Shown here in pieces: positions 21,459-31,504 of a stretch of DNA of 64,000 nucleotides. The translations under genes were made by a program, and so were the position numbers. Positions within the stretch are counted from its first letter, which is position 1, and every line of letters begins with the position of its first letter. The notes below the pieces were generated by a model that did no database searches, was not told the origin of the DNA, and was given only the letters and a program-made list of their open reading frames with translations. Source of the DNA: a candidate division FCPU426 bacterium (lineage in GTDB: Bacteria > Oederibacteriota > PGYV01 > Palsa-1178); NCBI GenBank assembly GCA_963840035.1, contig CAWIXE010000002.1, positions 1,376,001 through 1,440,000 on the forward strand, read 5' to 3'.

Positions 21459-21483
21459 CTTGTGCCCCCTTTCCGCCCCGGTG

Positions 21484-22731
21484 TTACCTGTAGTAAACCG
21501 GAAATTTTTTACAGAGATTGAGAACTTCCTTATTTACCCCTTTTATTTTGCTTTCATCATTTATATTCTTTAATACGGTATCAATCCAGCCCGCGATGAG
21601 CGTGATTTCTTTTTCTTTCATGCCGCGTGTTGTTATTGCCGGCGTCCCTATCCTGATACCGCTGGTAATGAACGGGTTTTGCGTGTCAAAAGGCACTCCG
21701 TTCTTATTGAGTGTGATTCCTGCTTTTTCCAGCGCGAGCGCGGCTTCCTTGCCGGTTAAATTGTTCGGCCTTAAATCCACAAGTATCAAATGGCAGTCCG
21801 TGCCTCCCGTTAATACTTTGTATCCTTTCTTTAGGAGTTCAGCCGCCAGTACCTGCGCGTTTTTTATGACCTGCTCCTGGTATGTTTTAAATGAAGGTTT
21901 CAGCGCCTCTCCGAAACATATAGCCTTTGCCGCGATGACATGCATGAGCGGCCCGCCCTGAAGCCCCGGGAACACCGCTGAATTAATCGCCTTGGCGTAT
22001 TTTTCCTTGCAGAGGATAAGTCCTCCGCGCGGCCCCCTTAAGGTCTTATGGGTTGTCGTCGTTACAAAGTCGCAGTGAGGAACCGGGTCCGGAAAAAGCT
22101 TTGCCGCCACAAGACCCGCGTAATGCGCCATGTCAGCCAAAAGCAGCGCTCCAACCGAGTCCGCGATCTCCCTGAATTTTTTGAAATCGATCTGCCTGGG
22201 ATACGCGCTTGCGCCGGCGACTATTATCTTCGGCTTTACCTCATTGGCAGCCTTTGAAATCTCGTCATAATCAAGCAGGTATGTGTCTTTATTAACAGCG
22301 TAAGAATAAGGCGTATAGTATTTGCCGGATGATGAGGCTGCCGCGCCGTGCGTTAAGTGTCCGCCAGCCGCGAGGTTCATGCCAAGTATCGCGTCTCCGG
22401 GCTTCAACATGGCCAGGTAAACCGCCTGGTTAGTCTGCGAGCCTGAGTGCGGCTGTACATTCGCGTGTTCGGCCCCAAAAAGCTGCTTTGCCCTGTCAAT
22501 TGCAAGCTGTTCCACTTCATCGGAAAAACCAACTCCCTGATAAAAACGTTTCTCAGGATAGCCTTCCGCGTATTTGTTAGTAAAAACCGACCCCTGTGCC
22601 TGCAGTATGGCTTCATCCGCGTAGTTTTCCGAGGCTATCATAAGCAGCGTTTCTTTATTGCGCTTTACTTCCTTTTTAATAATGTCAGCTACCTGTTTGT
22701 CAACCTTCTCAATATAGCTCGTAAAGTCCAT
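21484..22731 (-). CDS. glyA: Serine hydroxymethyltransferase
   Basis: [35 protein letters not shown]. Confidence 0.97.
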   Translation of the reverse strand: MDFTSYIEKVDKQVADIIKKEVKRNKETLLMIASENYADEAILQAQGSVFTNKYAEGYPEKRFYQGVGFSDEVEQLAIDRAKQLFGAEHANVQPHSGSQTNQAVYLAMLKPGDAILGMNLAAGGHLTHGAAASSSGKYYTPYSYAVNKDTYLLDYDEISKAANEVKPKIIVAGASAYPRQIDFKKFREIADSVGALLLADMAHYAGLVAAKLFPDPVPHCDFVTTTTHKTLRGPRGGLILCKEKYAKAINSAVFPGLQGGPLMHVIAAKAICFGEALKPSFKTYQEQVIKNAQVLAAELLKKGYKVLTGGTDCHLILVDLRPNNLTGKEAALALEKAGITLNKNGVPFDTQNPFITSGIRIGTPAITTRGMKEKEITLIAGWIDTVLKNINDESKIKGVNKEVLNLCKKFPVYYR

Positions 22732-22817
22732 AAAAACCTCCAGTAATATTAGATATTCGATATCCGATATTTGATATATGACCCGTGCAGCTTATATCTA
22801 ATATCGGATATCGAATA

Positions 22818-23261
22818 TCAAAGTTTATTTTCCAACGCCTTTATCTGGTTGAGCCTCTTATCATGCCTCTCTCCGTCATACTCAGTGCTCAGCCATATCT
22901 TAAGTATCTCGTCGGCCAGTGTCTTTCCGATGAGCCTGCCCGGCATAACAAGCACATTTGAGTTGTTATGTTTTCTTGCCATAGCTGCCGAAAAAGTATT
23001 ATCAACAAGCGCAGCGTAAATGCCTTTGACCTTGTTCGCCGCAATTGACATGCCTATTCCGGTGCCGCAAATAAGCACACCCCTGTCAAACCCGCCGGTC
23101 TTTATGGCGTCGCATACTTTTTCGGTATATTCGGGGTAATCAACCCGGTCTTCGTTGTAAGGGCCGAAATCTTTATAATCCACCTTAAGAACAGACAGTT
23201 GTTTTTTTATCTCTTCCTTTAGTTCCCAGCCGGCGTGGTCGCTGGCCAATGCTATTTTCAT
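22818..23261 (-). CDS. rpiB: Ribose-5-phosphate isomerase B
   Basis: SDHAG, DYP, CGTGIGMSIAANKVKG, ARKHNNSN. Confidence 0.95.
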   Translation of the reverse strand: MKIALASDHAGWELKEEIKKQLSVLKVDYKDFGPYNEDRVDYPEYTEKVCDAIKTGGFDRGVLICGTGIGMSIAANKVKGIYAALVDNTFSAAMARKHNNSNVLVMPGRLIGKTLADEILKIWLSTEYDGERHDKRLNQIKALENKL

Positions 23262-23893
23262 TTTTTTATCTCCTCTTTTGCGTTTAAAGTGGTTGCCGCG
23301 CTGTCAGCAGGCTCATTAACAGCAAAAACATGCTCCGAATTAAATTTTGCCGCGGCTGACGGGGCAAATATCATATCCCATAGCCACGACACGGAAAACA
23401 TTCCAAGACCCGTATAAAACACTACCTGTGACACCATATTGCTCTGGTCATCAACCGGCGTTATAATTTCATTTAAACTTATGCCCATAATAATAAGCGA
23501 AACTATCTCGGCGCTCATGAGCGAAAAACCCATGTTCTGGTCCTTGCCGTAGAAATGCCCTGAGCCGTGCATAATAAACCCGGGGAACACGGCTTTTTGA
23601 AAAGCTTCACTTTCGCTCAACGGCGATATATAGCTTGTGATTTCCACATCATCATTGTTCATATATGTTTCTTCCAGCCAGCTTGACGCTGTGGTGGTGT
23701 GCTTTACCAGCCTTACCTCGTTCCATGGTATTGATATTGTCTTATTATTCGCGAGCTTTACCATGAGGTAATAGCTGTCAAAACCGGTAACGTCAGCTTC
23801 AAACTTCTGCTCGTCCTTTAAAACAATATAGTCCCCGGATACCGGCGAAAACAGGAGTACCGCGGAAAAAAACAACAACATCAATTTTTTCAT
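23258..23893 (-). CDS. Hypothetical exported/membrane protein
   Basis: Signal peptide, small N-terminal beta domain, PG..GSGHFY followed by hydrophobic helices. Confidence 0.6.
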   Translation of the reverse strand: MKKLMLLFFSAVLLFSPVSGDYIVLKDEQKFEADVTGFDSYYLMVKLANNKTISIPWNEVRLVKHTTTASSWLEETYMNNDDVEITSYISPLSESEAFQKAVFPGFIMHGSGHFYGKDQNMGFSLMSAEIVSLIIMGISLNEIITPVDDQSNMVSQVVFYTGLGMFSVSWLWDMIFAPSAAAKFNSEHVFAVNEPADSAATTLNAKEEIKK

Positions 23894-23903
23894 CAGGCCT
23901 CCA

Positions 23904-24338
23904 TTATTTTAATACCACATCCAGCTTATCAATCCCTTTTTCAATGATTACCGACGCTTCACTCCCGGTATCAGGCCCGGCTGAAAATTCGCCGTCTCCC
24001 GCTCCGAAGAATGACTTAAAAGTATAAACAACAGGCGCCCTGTCCGGAAATTTTATCAGGATAGCCGCCTTTATTTTATCGCTCATTGTAAGTATTATAT
24101 CCGCTTCTTTGACTGCCTGTTTGCTTAAGGCTTTAGACTTGAATTCCCCGGAAATCCCCAGGTTCTCAAGCTGTTCTACAGCCGCCGGTTCAGCCGGTAT
24201 GTCCGGAAACGCCATTATACCGCCGGATGACACCTCAAACCCGCTTTTTCCCTTTAAAGAAATGGCTTTTTTTAGATATTCAGCCACTATAATACTTCTG
24301 TAGGTGTTTTTACTGCCTACGACAAGTATCTTTTTCAT
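23904..24338 (-). CDS. LMW phosphatase (YwlE/PtpA)-like protein lacking the catalytic Cys
   Basis: KKILVVGSKNTYRS aligns to CxxNxCRS; VSSGG, ADIILTM; start at MKKIL (24338). Confidence 0.75.
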   Translation of the reverse strand: MKKILVVGSKNTYRSIIVAEYLKKAISLKGKSGFEVSSGGIMAFPDIPAEPAAVEQLENLGISGEFKSKALSKQAVKEADIILTMSDKIKAAILIKFPDRAPVVYTFKSFFGAGDGEFSAGPDTGSEASVIIEKGIDKLDVVLK

Positions 24339-24344
24339 TTGATA

Positions 24345-24373
24345 ATTATATAGCATACAATATAAAAGGTCAA
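24345..24373 (-). promoter_or_regulatory. Sigma70-type promoter, probably giving a leaderless mRNA
   Basis: Minus strand TTGACC-17 nt-TATAAT, then 6 nt to the ATG at 24338. Confidence 0.65.
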
Positions 24374-24479
24374 TAAGGCAAATTTTCAATTTTCAATTTT
24401 GAATTTTCAATTAAAAAAGACGCGATTTTTATGGCTTTTAATTGAAAATTCAAAATTGAAAATATAAAATTCGTTTTTC

Positions 24480-24752
24480 CTACTTATTCTGGGCTATTAT
24501 ATAGAGTTTCATGGCTGATTTTTCTTCGCCTTCGAGGGTCAGATGCGTAAATTCCGGCCTGCATAAGATTTCTTTGCCTTCAGGCCCTATATAACCCCTT
24601 GCAATTGCAATAGCCTTCATAGCCTGGTTCACAGCCTGCGGCCCCATGACAGTTATAACCACTGCCTTTTCTTCCCTTATGTTGTTGACTATTGATCCGG
24701 CCACTGATTTCGGGTTTGACCCTGCCGCCACTTTTAAGCTCACTTCATCCAT
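24480..24752 (-). CDS. spoVS: SpoVS family protein
   Basis: LKVAAGSNPKSVAGSI, GPQAVNQAMKAIAIARGY. Confidence 0.93.
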   Translation of the reverse strand: MDEVSLKVAAGSNPKSVAGSIVNNIREEKAVVITVMGPQAVNQAMKAIAIARGYIGPEGKEILCRPEFTHLTLEGEEKSAMKLYIIAQNK

Positions 24753-24843
24753 TTTTACCTCCTAATATAGTCCCGATTTTTCGATTAAACACTGACTATG
24801 ATATAATGTGCCACCGCACTCATACATTTGTAATTGGTAATTA

Positions 24844-25683
24844 TTAATTGCTTTTCTTCATCTTTGTCGATATTTTGTAGATGTCGTTTTTCGGCATTTT
24901 AAGCATGTTTGAGACTTCCTTTACCGCCTGGCTTGCCGGCATTCCTCCGGCAATGTATTCCTTGAGCATTTTCTCAATTTCAACCTCATCAACAGCGGGA
25001 TTTTCCTCAGCAACGGCAGAGATAACAATGACAAACTCGCCTTTTTGCATATCCTCGGTTATCATTGCGGCCACATCCAGCGGCTTTCCCCTGAGCACTT
25101 TTTCGTATATCTTTGAAATTTCCTTAACAACAGCCACTTCAGCCGTAGGTATTTCAGCGGCGATATCCTTTAGCGTATCTATGACCCTGTTCGGGGATTC
25201 AAATAATACCGTGACATACCCGGATTTTTTAATGTGCTTAAGCTCTTCCTTTTTGGCTTTCTCTGTTTTTTCAAGGAAGCCGTAAAAAGCGAACCTTCCC
25301 GGGTCGAATCCGGAGAGCACTACGGCCGGAAGTATTGACGAAGCTCCGGGAAGCGCTTCCACCCTGATGCCTTCCTGGGCGCACGCTTTTACAATATTAA
25401 AGCCCGGGTCAGAAAGAAGCGGGGTTCCCGCGTCGGATACCAGGGAAATCCTGGCTCCGGTTTTGAGCATGTCAACAATGGAAAGCTCGCGTTCTTTTTC
25501 GTTAAATTTATGGTATGAGATCATTTTTGACGTTATGGAATAGTGATTGAGAAGTTTTTGGGTGACGCGGGTGTCTTCTGCGATTATATAGTCGCTTTCG
25601 CGGAGTGTGTCAACGGCCCTGAAAGTAATGTCTTTCAGATTTCCTATGGGAGTTGGAACAATGAAGAGCGTGCCTGTCGCCAT
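24844..25683 (-). CDS. rsmI: 16S rRNA (cytidine1402-2'-O)-methyltransferase
   Basis: VPTPIGNLKDITFRA, AEDTR, VSDAGTPLLSDPG, FESPNR, KEISKIYE. Confidence 0.95.
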   Translation of the reverse strand: MATGTLFIVPTPIGNLKDITFRAVDTLRESDYIIAEDTRVTQKLLNHYSITSKMISYHKFNEKERELSIVDMLKTGARISLVSDAGTPLLSDPGFNIVKACAQEGIRVEALPGASSILPAVVLSGFDPGRFAFYGFLEKTEKAKKEELKHIKKSGYVTVLFESPNRVIDTLKDIAAEIPTAEVAVVKEISKIYEKVLRGKPLDVAAMITEDMQKGEFVIVISAVAEENPAVDEVEIEKMLKEYIAGGMPASQAVKEVSNMLKMPKNDIYKISTKMKKSN

Positions 25684-25716
25684 GTGCGTCGGTGTCCCCT
25701 GTTTGTTGTGCGGGTT

Positions 25717-26166
25717 TTATTGCCCGAAAATCTTCCTTATTTCCTTTATTTTCTCGGATATCTCGTGGTTTTCCTGGTTTAAAACCGCTGTTTCAGCCTG
25801 TATGTTTTCAACTTCCTTCTGCTTGTAATTTGATATTACAGTTAGCTTCTGGCTCTCGCCTTTATGTCCTGTCTCATAATGGCCCATGGTAAAGAGAACG
25901 AGGATGATGGCCCCTGTTTCGAGCAGTATCTGGTGCGTCTGGTTTATAATCCCGAAAGTACTCATCACAAGCACGACAATCACCGCTATCATGACAATGA
26001 TTATGATATCCTTTACCTGCATGTATACGGATAGAAGCACCGTGGCTAAAACCAGCAGTTGAAATGGGGCGTGTAAAAACTCAGTTTCCGGAAGCAGCCC
26101 GGAGAGCACAATGCCCGCAATCAGAAGAAGGATTCCCGAGAACATTACCATTTTTTTATTAAGCAT
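25717..26166 (-). CDS. Hypothetical membrane protein (about 4 TM plus coiled coil)
   Basis: Hydrophobic N-terminal two-thirds, charged helical tail; overlaps the upstream gene. Confidence 0.6.
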   Translation of the reverse strand: MLNKKMVMFSGILLLIAGIVLSGLLPETEFLHAPFQLLVLATVLLSVYMQVKDIIIIVMIAVIVVLVMSTFGIINQTHQILLETGAIILVLFTMGHYETGHKGESQKLTVISNYKQKEVENIQAETAVLNQENHEISEKIKEIRKIFGQ

Positions 26167-27067
26167 ATTGTTCCTCCGATAACACTTTACCTATCATACC
26201 GGCTATAATGTCCAGAAAACGCAGGTCATCCTGGTGAAAAACACCCGCCTGCTCCGAGGTGACGCGTAGTATTCCCGCTATCTCATCCCTGCACAACACC
26301 GGGACGGATATGAGCGCCCTGATGGGTTCGCCCTGGTCAGCCTTAAAGCGTATTTCCCTTGCCATGTCGGTAATTATTATGGATTTCTTATTATTGAGTA
26401 TGAATTCATCAAAATTCTTCAGGTAAAGGCTCTCAATATCCCTTTCGCCGACCAAAAGGTCATCCCTCTTGTCCGCGACTATTTTCATTACCTTATCATG
26501 TTTTGTAAGAAAAAGGGTTATTGACCTGTCCTGGTGAAAAAGCTCCACGACATTCTTAAGCACAAACCTGATCTTTCCCGCAAAATCAGGCTGATCCTTT
26601 ATTTTTTCATATATCATTTTAAGCTTAAGGAACTTATCGAGTTTTACTTTATTCGCGTCCAGTGCGGCTGAGATATTTTTCTTTTCAAGCACAAGGGCGT
26701 TATAATCAGCTTCGAGCGATTTTAATGAATCGGCGGCGGAGCTCATCAGGTACGTTCCGGCATCACCCGTGGATTTTACGATGAAGTAGCAGGCGTAAAG
26801 CGTAACAATGCCTGCCACAACTGGTATCATGGGCAGCTCCCCCGCAAAAGCCTTAATCAGCAGGAATGAATTCATGACCGTGCCAAATATCAGCATGGCT
26901 GTGCCCACTATGGGGTTTATAAGCAGGTATCCGGCGACTACCGCGAAGGTAAAACAGAACGCAAGCGCGTGCCACCATGTGCCGGGGATAAAAAATAAAA
27001 GCGCCATAGCCGCTATAGCCACGGCGAATACAAGAATTTTTAATATAAACGCAAAAGGGCTTTTCAT
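26159..27067 (-). CDS. Membrane-anchored GAF domain protein
   Basis: N-terminal TMs, coiled coil, IRALISVPV...IAGILRV...FHQDDLRFLDIIA. Confidence 0.75.
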   Translation of the reverse strand: MKSPFAFILKILVFAVAIAAMALLFFIPGTWWHALAFCFTFAVVAGYLLINPIVGTAMLIFGTVMNSFLLIKAFAGELPMIPVVAGIVTLYACYFIVKSTGDAGTYLMSSAADSLKSLEADYNALVLEKKNISAALDANKVKLDKFLKLKMIYEKIKDQPDFAGKIRFVLKNVVELFHQDRSITLFLTKHDKVMKIVADKRDDLLVGERDIESLYLKNFDEFILNNKKSIIITDMAREIRFKADQGEPIRALISVPVLCRDEIAGILRVTSEQAGVFHQDDLRFLDIIAGMIGKVLSEEQYA

Positions 27068-27117
27068 TATTGTCTCATTCCTCGCTTTTTTAGTATAAGA
27101 AAGACCTGATTAAAAAT

Positions 27118-27960
27118 TTACTCGCCCATCGAGTCAAGGGTTTTAAGGTTCTCCTTGGCATTCTTGTCAAGCGGGTTCAACTCAAGCGACTTATTCCACT
27201 GAACTCTTGCTTTTTTGTATTCCTTGTTTCCGTAATACGCGCTTCCCAGATTATTAAATATCTGCGGCTTTGTCGGGTCAAGCTTTACAGCCTGCTCAAG
27301 CACGCCAATGGCGTCAACATATTTTTTAAGCTTGATTTGTATGGACCCGAGGTTGTTATACGCCATCGCGTCCGTAGGTTTTATCCTCACCAGAGCTTCA
27401 AAGGCCCTGATGGACCCGCTGAAATCGCCTTTTTCAAAGTAAGCTATTCCGAGTTTCTTATATACGATCTCATCGCTCGGGTTTTTTGAAATAACAAACT
27501 CAAGCTCCGGTATGCCCGAGGCATTGTCTTTTTTTGAAATATAGGCCAGGCCGAGCCTCTTATGGGCTTCAAGATTCATCTGGTTTAAAGTAATGCACTT
27601 CCTCCAGAGGTCCATGGCGTCATCAACACGCCCTTTTTCATTTTCATCGTTTCCAAGAGTCAGGTAGGACGCTTCAAGTTTCCCCTTCACTTCGTCATAT
27701 GCCGGCCTTAATTTAAGCGCGACTTCCCACTCCGCAATGGCTTCAAGCAGCATGCCTTTATCGGCAAAAACGTCACCTAAAGCCTTATGTACTATGGGAT
27801 CTGACGGATTAATAGATATTGAGGATTGCAGTTCTTCAATTGCGTCATCAAGCTTTCCTGCCTCGTAATACTGCATGCCCATCTCATAGTGGGTCATTGT
27901 TGAGGCGCATCCTACGGAAAAAAGAACCAAAACAGCCATAATTATATGCCTGATTTTCAT
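27118..27960 (-). CDS. TPR-repeat lipoprotein
   Basis: Lipobox SVGC, multiple TPRs; SD supports the MKIRH start at 27960. Confidence 0.85.
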   Translation of the reverse strand: MKIRHIIMAVLVLFSVGCASTMTHYEMGMQYYEAGKLDDAIEELQSSISINPSDPIVHKALGDVFADKGMLLEAIAEWEVALKLRPAYDEVKGKLEASYLTLGNDENEKGRVDDAMDLWRKCITLNQMNLEAHKRLGLAYISKKDNASGIPELEFVISKNPSDEIVYKKLGIAYFEKGDFSGSIRAFEALVRIKPTDAMAYNNLGSIQIKLKKYVDAIGVLEQAVKLDPTKPQIFNNLGSAYYGNKEYKKARVQWNKSLELNPLDKNAKENLKTLDSMGE

Positions 27961-28201
27961 ATTAATGCCTCCTGATGTTTTAATTGAATCGTTTAATAAT
28001 AACATATTATAAGGTTTTGTCAAGAAAGGGTATGATACAATTTTAAATTTTCGCTTTTCAATTTACAATTAGTGCCAAAAAACCCATAAACCCATCTGTT
28101 TTAATTTAAAATTGAAAATTTAAAATTGAAAATAGTATTTACAAATTCCGCCCTATATGTTATATTTTGTCCTGCTTTTAATAACATTAGGAGGCAACAA
28201 A

Positions 28202-28393
28202 ATGGCAAGAAAATGTGCAATTTGCGATAAGCAGGCGGTTTCGGCTAATAACGTCTCGCACGCGAAAAACAGGACTAAAACAAGGAACAAACCGAACCTT
28301 CAGCCGGTTAAGATAATTCTAAACGGCAAAAAACAGAGGGTCTTAGTCTGCACCCGCTGCATGCGTTCAGGTAAGGCAGTTAAAGTCGCATAA
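28202..28393 (+). CDS. rpmB: 50S ribosomal protein L28
   Basis: MARKCAIC, NVSHAKNRTK, PNLQ, VCTRCMRS; AGGAGG SD. Confidence 0.95.
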   Translation: MARKCAICDKQAVSANNVSHAKNRTKTRNKPNLQPVKIILNGKKQRVLVCTRCMRSGKAVKVA

Positions 28394-28430
28394 AAAGAGA
28401 TTTTCAATTTTATATTTTCAATTGAAAACA

Positions 28431-28457
28431 AAAAGGGCGGTTAAAAACCGCCCTTTT
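28431..28457. terminator. Bidirectional intrinsic terminator between rpmB and rel
   Basis: AAAAGGGCGGTT-AAA-AACCGCCCTTTT. Confidence 0.8.
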
Positions 28458-28517
28458 ATATTTTTTTGGTCTTCCTGCCTTCAATTGAAAATTTCAAATT
28501 GAAAATCGAAAATTGAT

Positions 28518-30671
28518 TCAATCAGTCCTTTCCACTGTAATGACATCCTTAACTTTCCTTATCGCGTTCATCAGTTCCGAGAGGTGTTTCTGGTTTTTTA
28601 CGTTTATTGACATGTCCGCTGTGAGCCTGTTTTCATACCCCGGGAATGAGTTAAACGAACTTATATACGCGCTGTTCTGCGCGACGGTCGTAAGAATATC
28701 ATTTGCGAGGCCTTCCCTGCTGCGCGCGGTCACTTTGAGCCTGCACATATAAAAGTTGTGGGATTCCTCATTCCAGCTGACTTCCACCAGGGGAATTGAA
28801 ATTTTGGCAATAGCAAGAGTCCCGCAGTTCTTTCGGTGAATTGATATCCCCTTTTTTGTAAATATGCCGGTTATATCGTCGCCCGGCACCGGATTGCAGC
28901 ATCTTGCGAATTTATACGCAATATCCCCGAACTCGCCCTGTACCACGATTTCACCCTGTGGAAAACGCTTCTGAACTTCCGGTCCGTGCGTTATCTCTTT
29001 TTCCGCCTTTAATACCTTTATCAGCGCGTTTGAAACCTTAAAATCAGAGAACTCGCCGTAACCTATTCCCGCAAAAAGGTCGTCCCTGTCCTTGATGTTA
29101 TAATGTTCGAGCAGGCTTCCCCACGCCGGGGCCGGAACATCCTCGATCTTAAAATCATACTTGGCAAGTTTTTCCGCGAGCAGCATTGTGCCCTTATCAA
29201 TGTTTTCTTTTATATTCTGGTTTGTGCGCAGCCAGTGCCTTATCCTGTTTTTTGCCTTAGCTGTCTTGGCCATTTTAAGCCAGTCTACCACCGGATGCTG
29301 GTTTGCGCCCTTTAAAATATCTATCCTGTCGCCGTTCTGAAGCTCATATTTTATGGTCACCCATTTTCCGTTTACTTTCGCGCCGATGCATTTATCCCCG
29401 AGGTCCGAGTGCACGCTGTACGCGAAGTCCAGGACTGTCGCTCCCTTTACAAGCTCTTTGACCTCTCCCTTGGGTGTAAAAACAAATACTTCCTCGTCAA
29501 AAAGGTCCACTTTAAGTTCTTTTATGAATTCATCCGACTCGCGCAGATTTGAATGCCAGTCAAGGAGCTGCCTGACCCAGATAAAAGCACTGTCAGTTTT
29601 TTTATCAAAAGCCCTGTCTTCCTTGTAGTTCCAGTGGGCCGCGATACCTTCCTCCGCTATTACATCCATATCAAACGTCCTTATCTGTATCTCCACAGGG
29701 CTTCCGCTTTTATCCAGGACCGTTGTGTGAAGTGACTGGTACATGTTTGATTTTGGCATGGCAATGTAATCTTTAAACCTTCCGGGGAGAGGCTTCCACA
29801 TGTTGTGTATTATGCCAAGTATGGTATAGCAGTCTCCAAGCGCATCAGTTATTATCCTGAGTGCCAGCAAGTCATAAATATTCTCAAACTTCTTGTTCTC
29901 CTTCATCATTTTCTGGTAAATGGAATAAAAATGCTTCGGCCTGCCGGTTACTTCCGCCTTTACATGCACCCTGTCGAGCTCTTTTTGTATTGTCTCCTTT
30001 AATTCCGTAATCCGGTCCTCGCGTTCGCCTTTTCTTTCAGCTATTTTGTTGCTTATATCCCTGTACGCTTCAGGGTTTAAAACTGAAAAAGACATATCCT
30101 CAAGCTCGGATTTTATTTTTTCCATACCAAGCCTGTGGGCTAAAGGCGCGTAAATATTGAGCGTTTCCTGAGCAATAATCTTCTGTTTCTCCATATCCAG
30201 GAACTTTATGGTCCTCATGTTGTGGAGCCTGTCCGCAAGTTTTATAATGACAACCCTGATATCCTTCGCCATCGCGAGGAACATTTTCTTCAGGGACTCG
30301 CTGAAGATCTCGCCCCTTGTCTTAAATACTTTCGCGGTTACATGGCTGACGCCTTCCACAAGGAACGCCACATTCTCATCGGTTACTTTTTTGATGTCCT
30401 CAACCGTAAACTGGGTGTCCTCTATGACATCATGCAGGATGCCCGCGGCAATGGTGGACGCGTCCATTTTCATTTCCTTGAGTATGGAAGCCACTTCCAC
30501 GCTGTGTATTATGTAAGGCTCCCCGGATAATCTGAATTGTTTTTCATGGGCTTTTAATGCCAGCTCATAAGCTGCGGCGATCAACCCGGCGCCCTTATCG
30601 TCGAAACCTTTGGCTATTTCCTTTATCCTGGCGTCAAACTGCTCCCTATTTGCTTCCAATTTCAGCCTCAC
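28518..30671 (-). CDS. rel: Bifunctional (p)ppGpp synthetase/hydrolase Rel
   Basis: HDVIED hydrolase motif, KLADRLHNMRT, DYIAMPKSNMYQSLHT, TGS and ACT domains. Confidence 0.95.
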   Translation of the reverse strand: MRLKLEANREQFDARIKEIAKGFDDKGAGLIAAAYELALKAHEKQFRLSGEPYIIHSVEVASILKEMKMDASTIAAGILHDVIEDTQFTVEDIKKVTDENVAFLVEGVSHVTAKVFKTRGEIFSESLKKMFLAMAKDIRVVIIKLADRLHNMRTIKFLDMEKQKIIAQETLNIYAPLAHRLGMEKIKSELEDMSFSVLNPEAYRDISNKIAERKGEREDRITELKETIQKELDRVHVKAEVTGRPKHFYSIYQKMMKENKKFENIYDLLALRIITDALGDCYTILGIIHNMWKPLPGRFKDYIAMPKSNMYQSLHTTVLDKSGSPVEIQIRTFDMDVIAEEGIAAHWNYKEDRAFDKKTDSAFIWVRQLLDWHSNLRESDEFIKELKVDLFDEEVFVFTPKGEVKELVKGATVLDFAYSVHSDLGDKCIGAKVNGKWVTIKYELQNGDRIDILKGANQHPVVDWLKMAKTAKAKNRIRHWLRTNQNIKENIDKGTMLLAEKLAKYDFKIEDVPAPAWGSLLEHYNIKDRDDLFAGIGYGEFSDFKVSNALIKVLKAEKEITHGPEVQKRFPQGEIVVQGEFGDIAYKFARCCNPVPGDDITGIFTKKGISIHRKNCGTLAIAKISIPLVEVSWNEESHNFYMCRLKVTARSREGLANDILTTVAQNSAYISSFNSFPGYENRLTADMSINVKNQKHLSELMNAIRKVKDVITVERTD

Positions 30672-31308
30672 ATTCCATATTGAGCCTCTTTAATTCCGTT
30701 TCAACAAGCAGCCGCCGCTTTTCAATTATTTCTGCTCCGGCATCTGCCGGCACACTAACGGGCGCGCCAAACTTAAATAAGCCTTTTGAAAACGGAATAG
30801 GTATCATGAACCGGTCCCATGAAGTGAGCCTTATTTTTGAACCCCAATTAAAACCAAACGGTATTATCTCCCTGCCCGTAAGCTTTGCCAGGTATACAAC
30901 CCCGTTGGCCACCTTCTCTGCCGGACCCCTGGGTCCGTCCACGGTAATTGCCGCGTCGCACCCGTTTTCTATGAGAGTTTTCACCTCATTTAAACCTTTT
31001 GCAGCGCCTTTGAACGTGGAACCTCTCGCAAGCTTAAAACCAAATGAATGCGCTATACGGGCCGCTATTTCCCCATCCTTGCTGTTTGAAACCAAAGCAA
31101 CAATACCAAGATTCTTATAATATAGAACCGGGGCTATAAGTCCGCAATGCCAGAAAGCATAAATATAGTTTTTTTCTTTGCCCTTATATGGAGTGGTTTT
31201 TTCCCCGCCCGATACCGTATATGAATATGTAAGGGATAAAACCTTTAGTAAGATTATAACCAAAGGAAGGGCCACGTTCATCAAAAGCCAATCAGATATT
31301 TTTTTCAT
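30646..31308 (-). CDS. DUF374/lysophospholipid acyltransferase family protein
   Basis: YAFWH, SNSKDGEI, RGST, TVDGPRGP, SWDRFMIPIPFS. Confidence 0.85.
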   Translation of the reverse strand: MKKISDWLLMNVALPLVIILLKVLSLTYSYTVSGGEKTTPYKGKEKNYIYAFWHCGLIAPVLYYKNLGIVALVSNSKDGEIAARIAHSFGFKLARGSTFKGAAKGLNEVKTLIENGCDAAITVDGPRGPAEKVANGVVYLAKLTGREIIPFGFNWGSKIRLTSWDRFMIPIPFSKGLFKFGAPVSVPADAGAEIIEKRRLLVETELKRLNMECEAEIGSK

Positions 31309-31437
31309 AAATTCCTTTCTTCCCGTATTTATTTACAATTAATTTCCGCCATTAATACGCCCAAATGCCCGAAAGCATACGTTTTCGTCCCCGAAGCGCC
31401 CCCTTATCTCCTCTCACTTTTCTGAAGCTTCTAATCT

Positions 31438-31473
31438 AAAAAAAAAGGCGCAGGAACTGCCTGCGCCTTTTTT
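31438..31473. terminator. Intrinsic terminator
   Basis: A-run-GGCGCAGG-AACTG-CCTGCGCC-T-run. Confidence 0.8.
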
Positions 31474-31504
31474 GTATCAAAGCGCCTTTATGGCGCCTGT
31501 GTGT

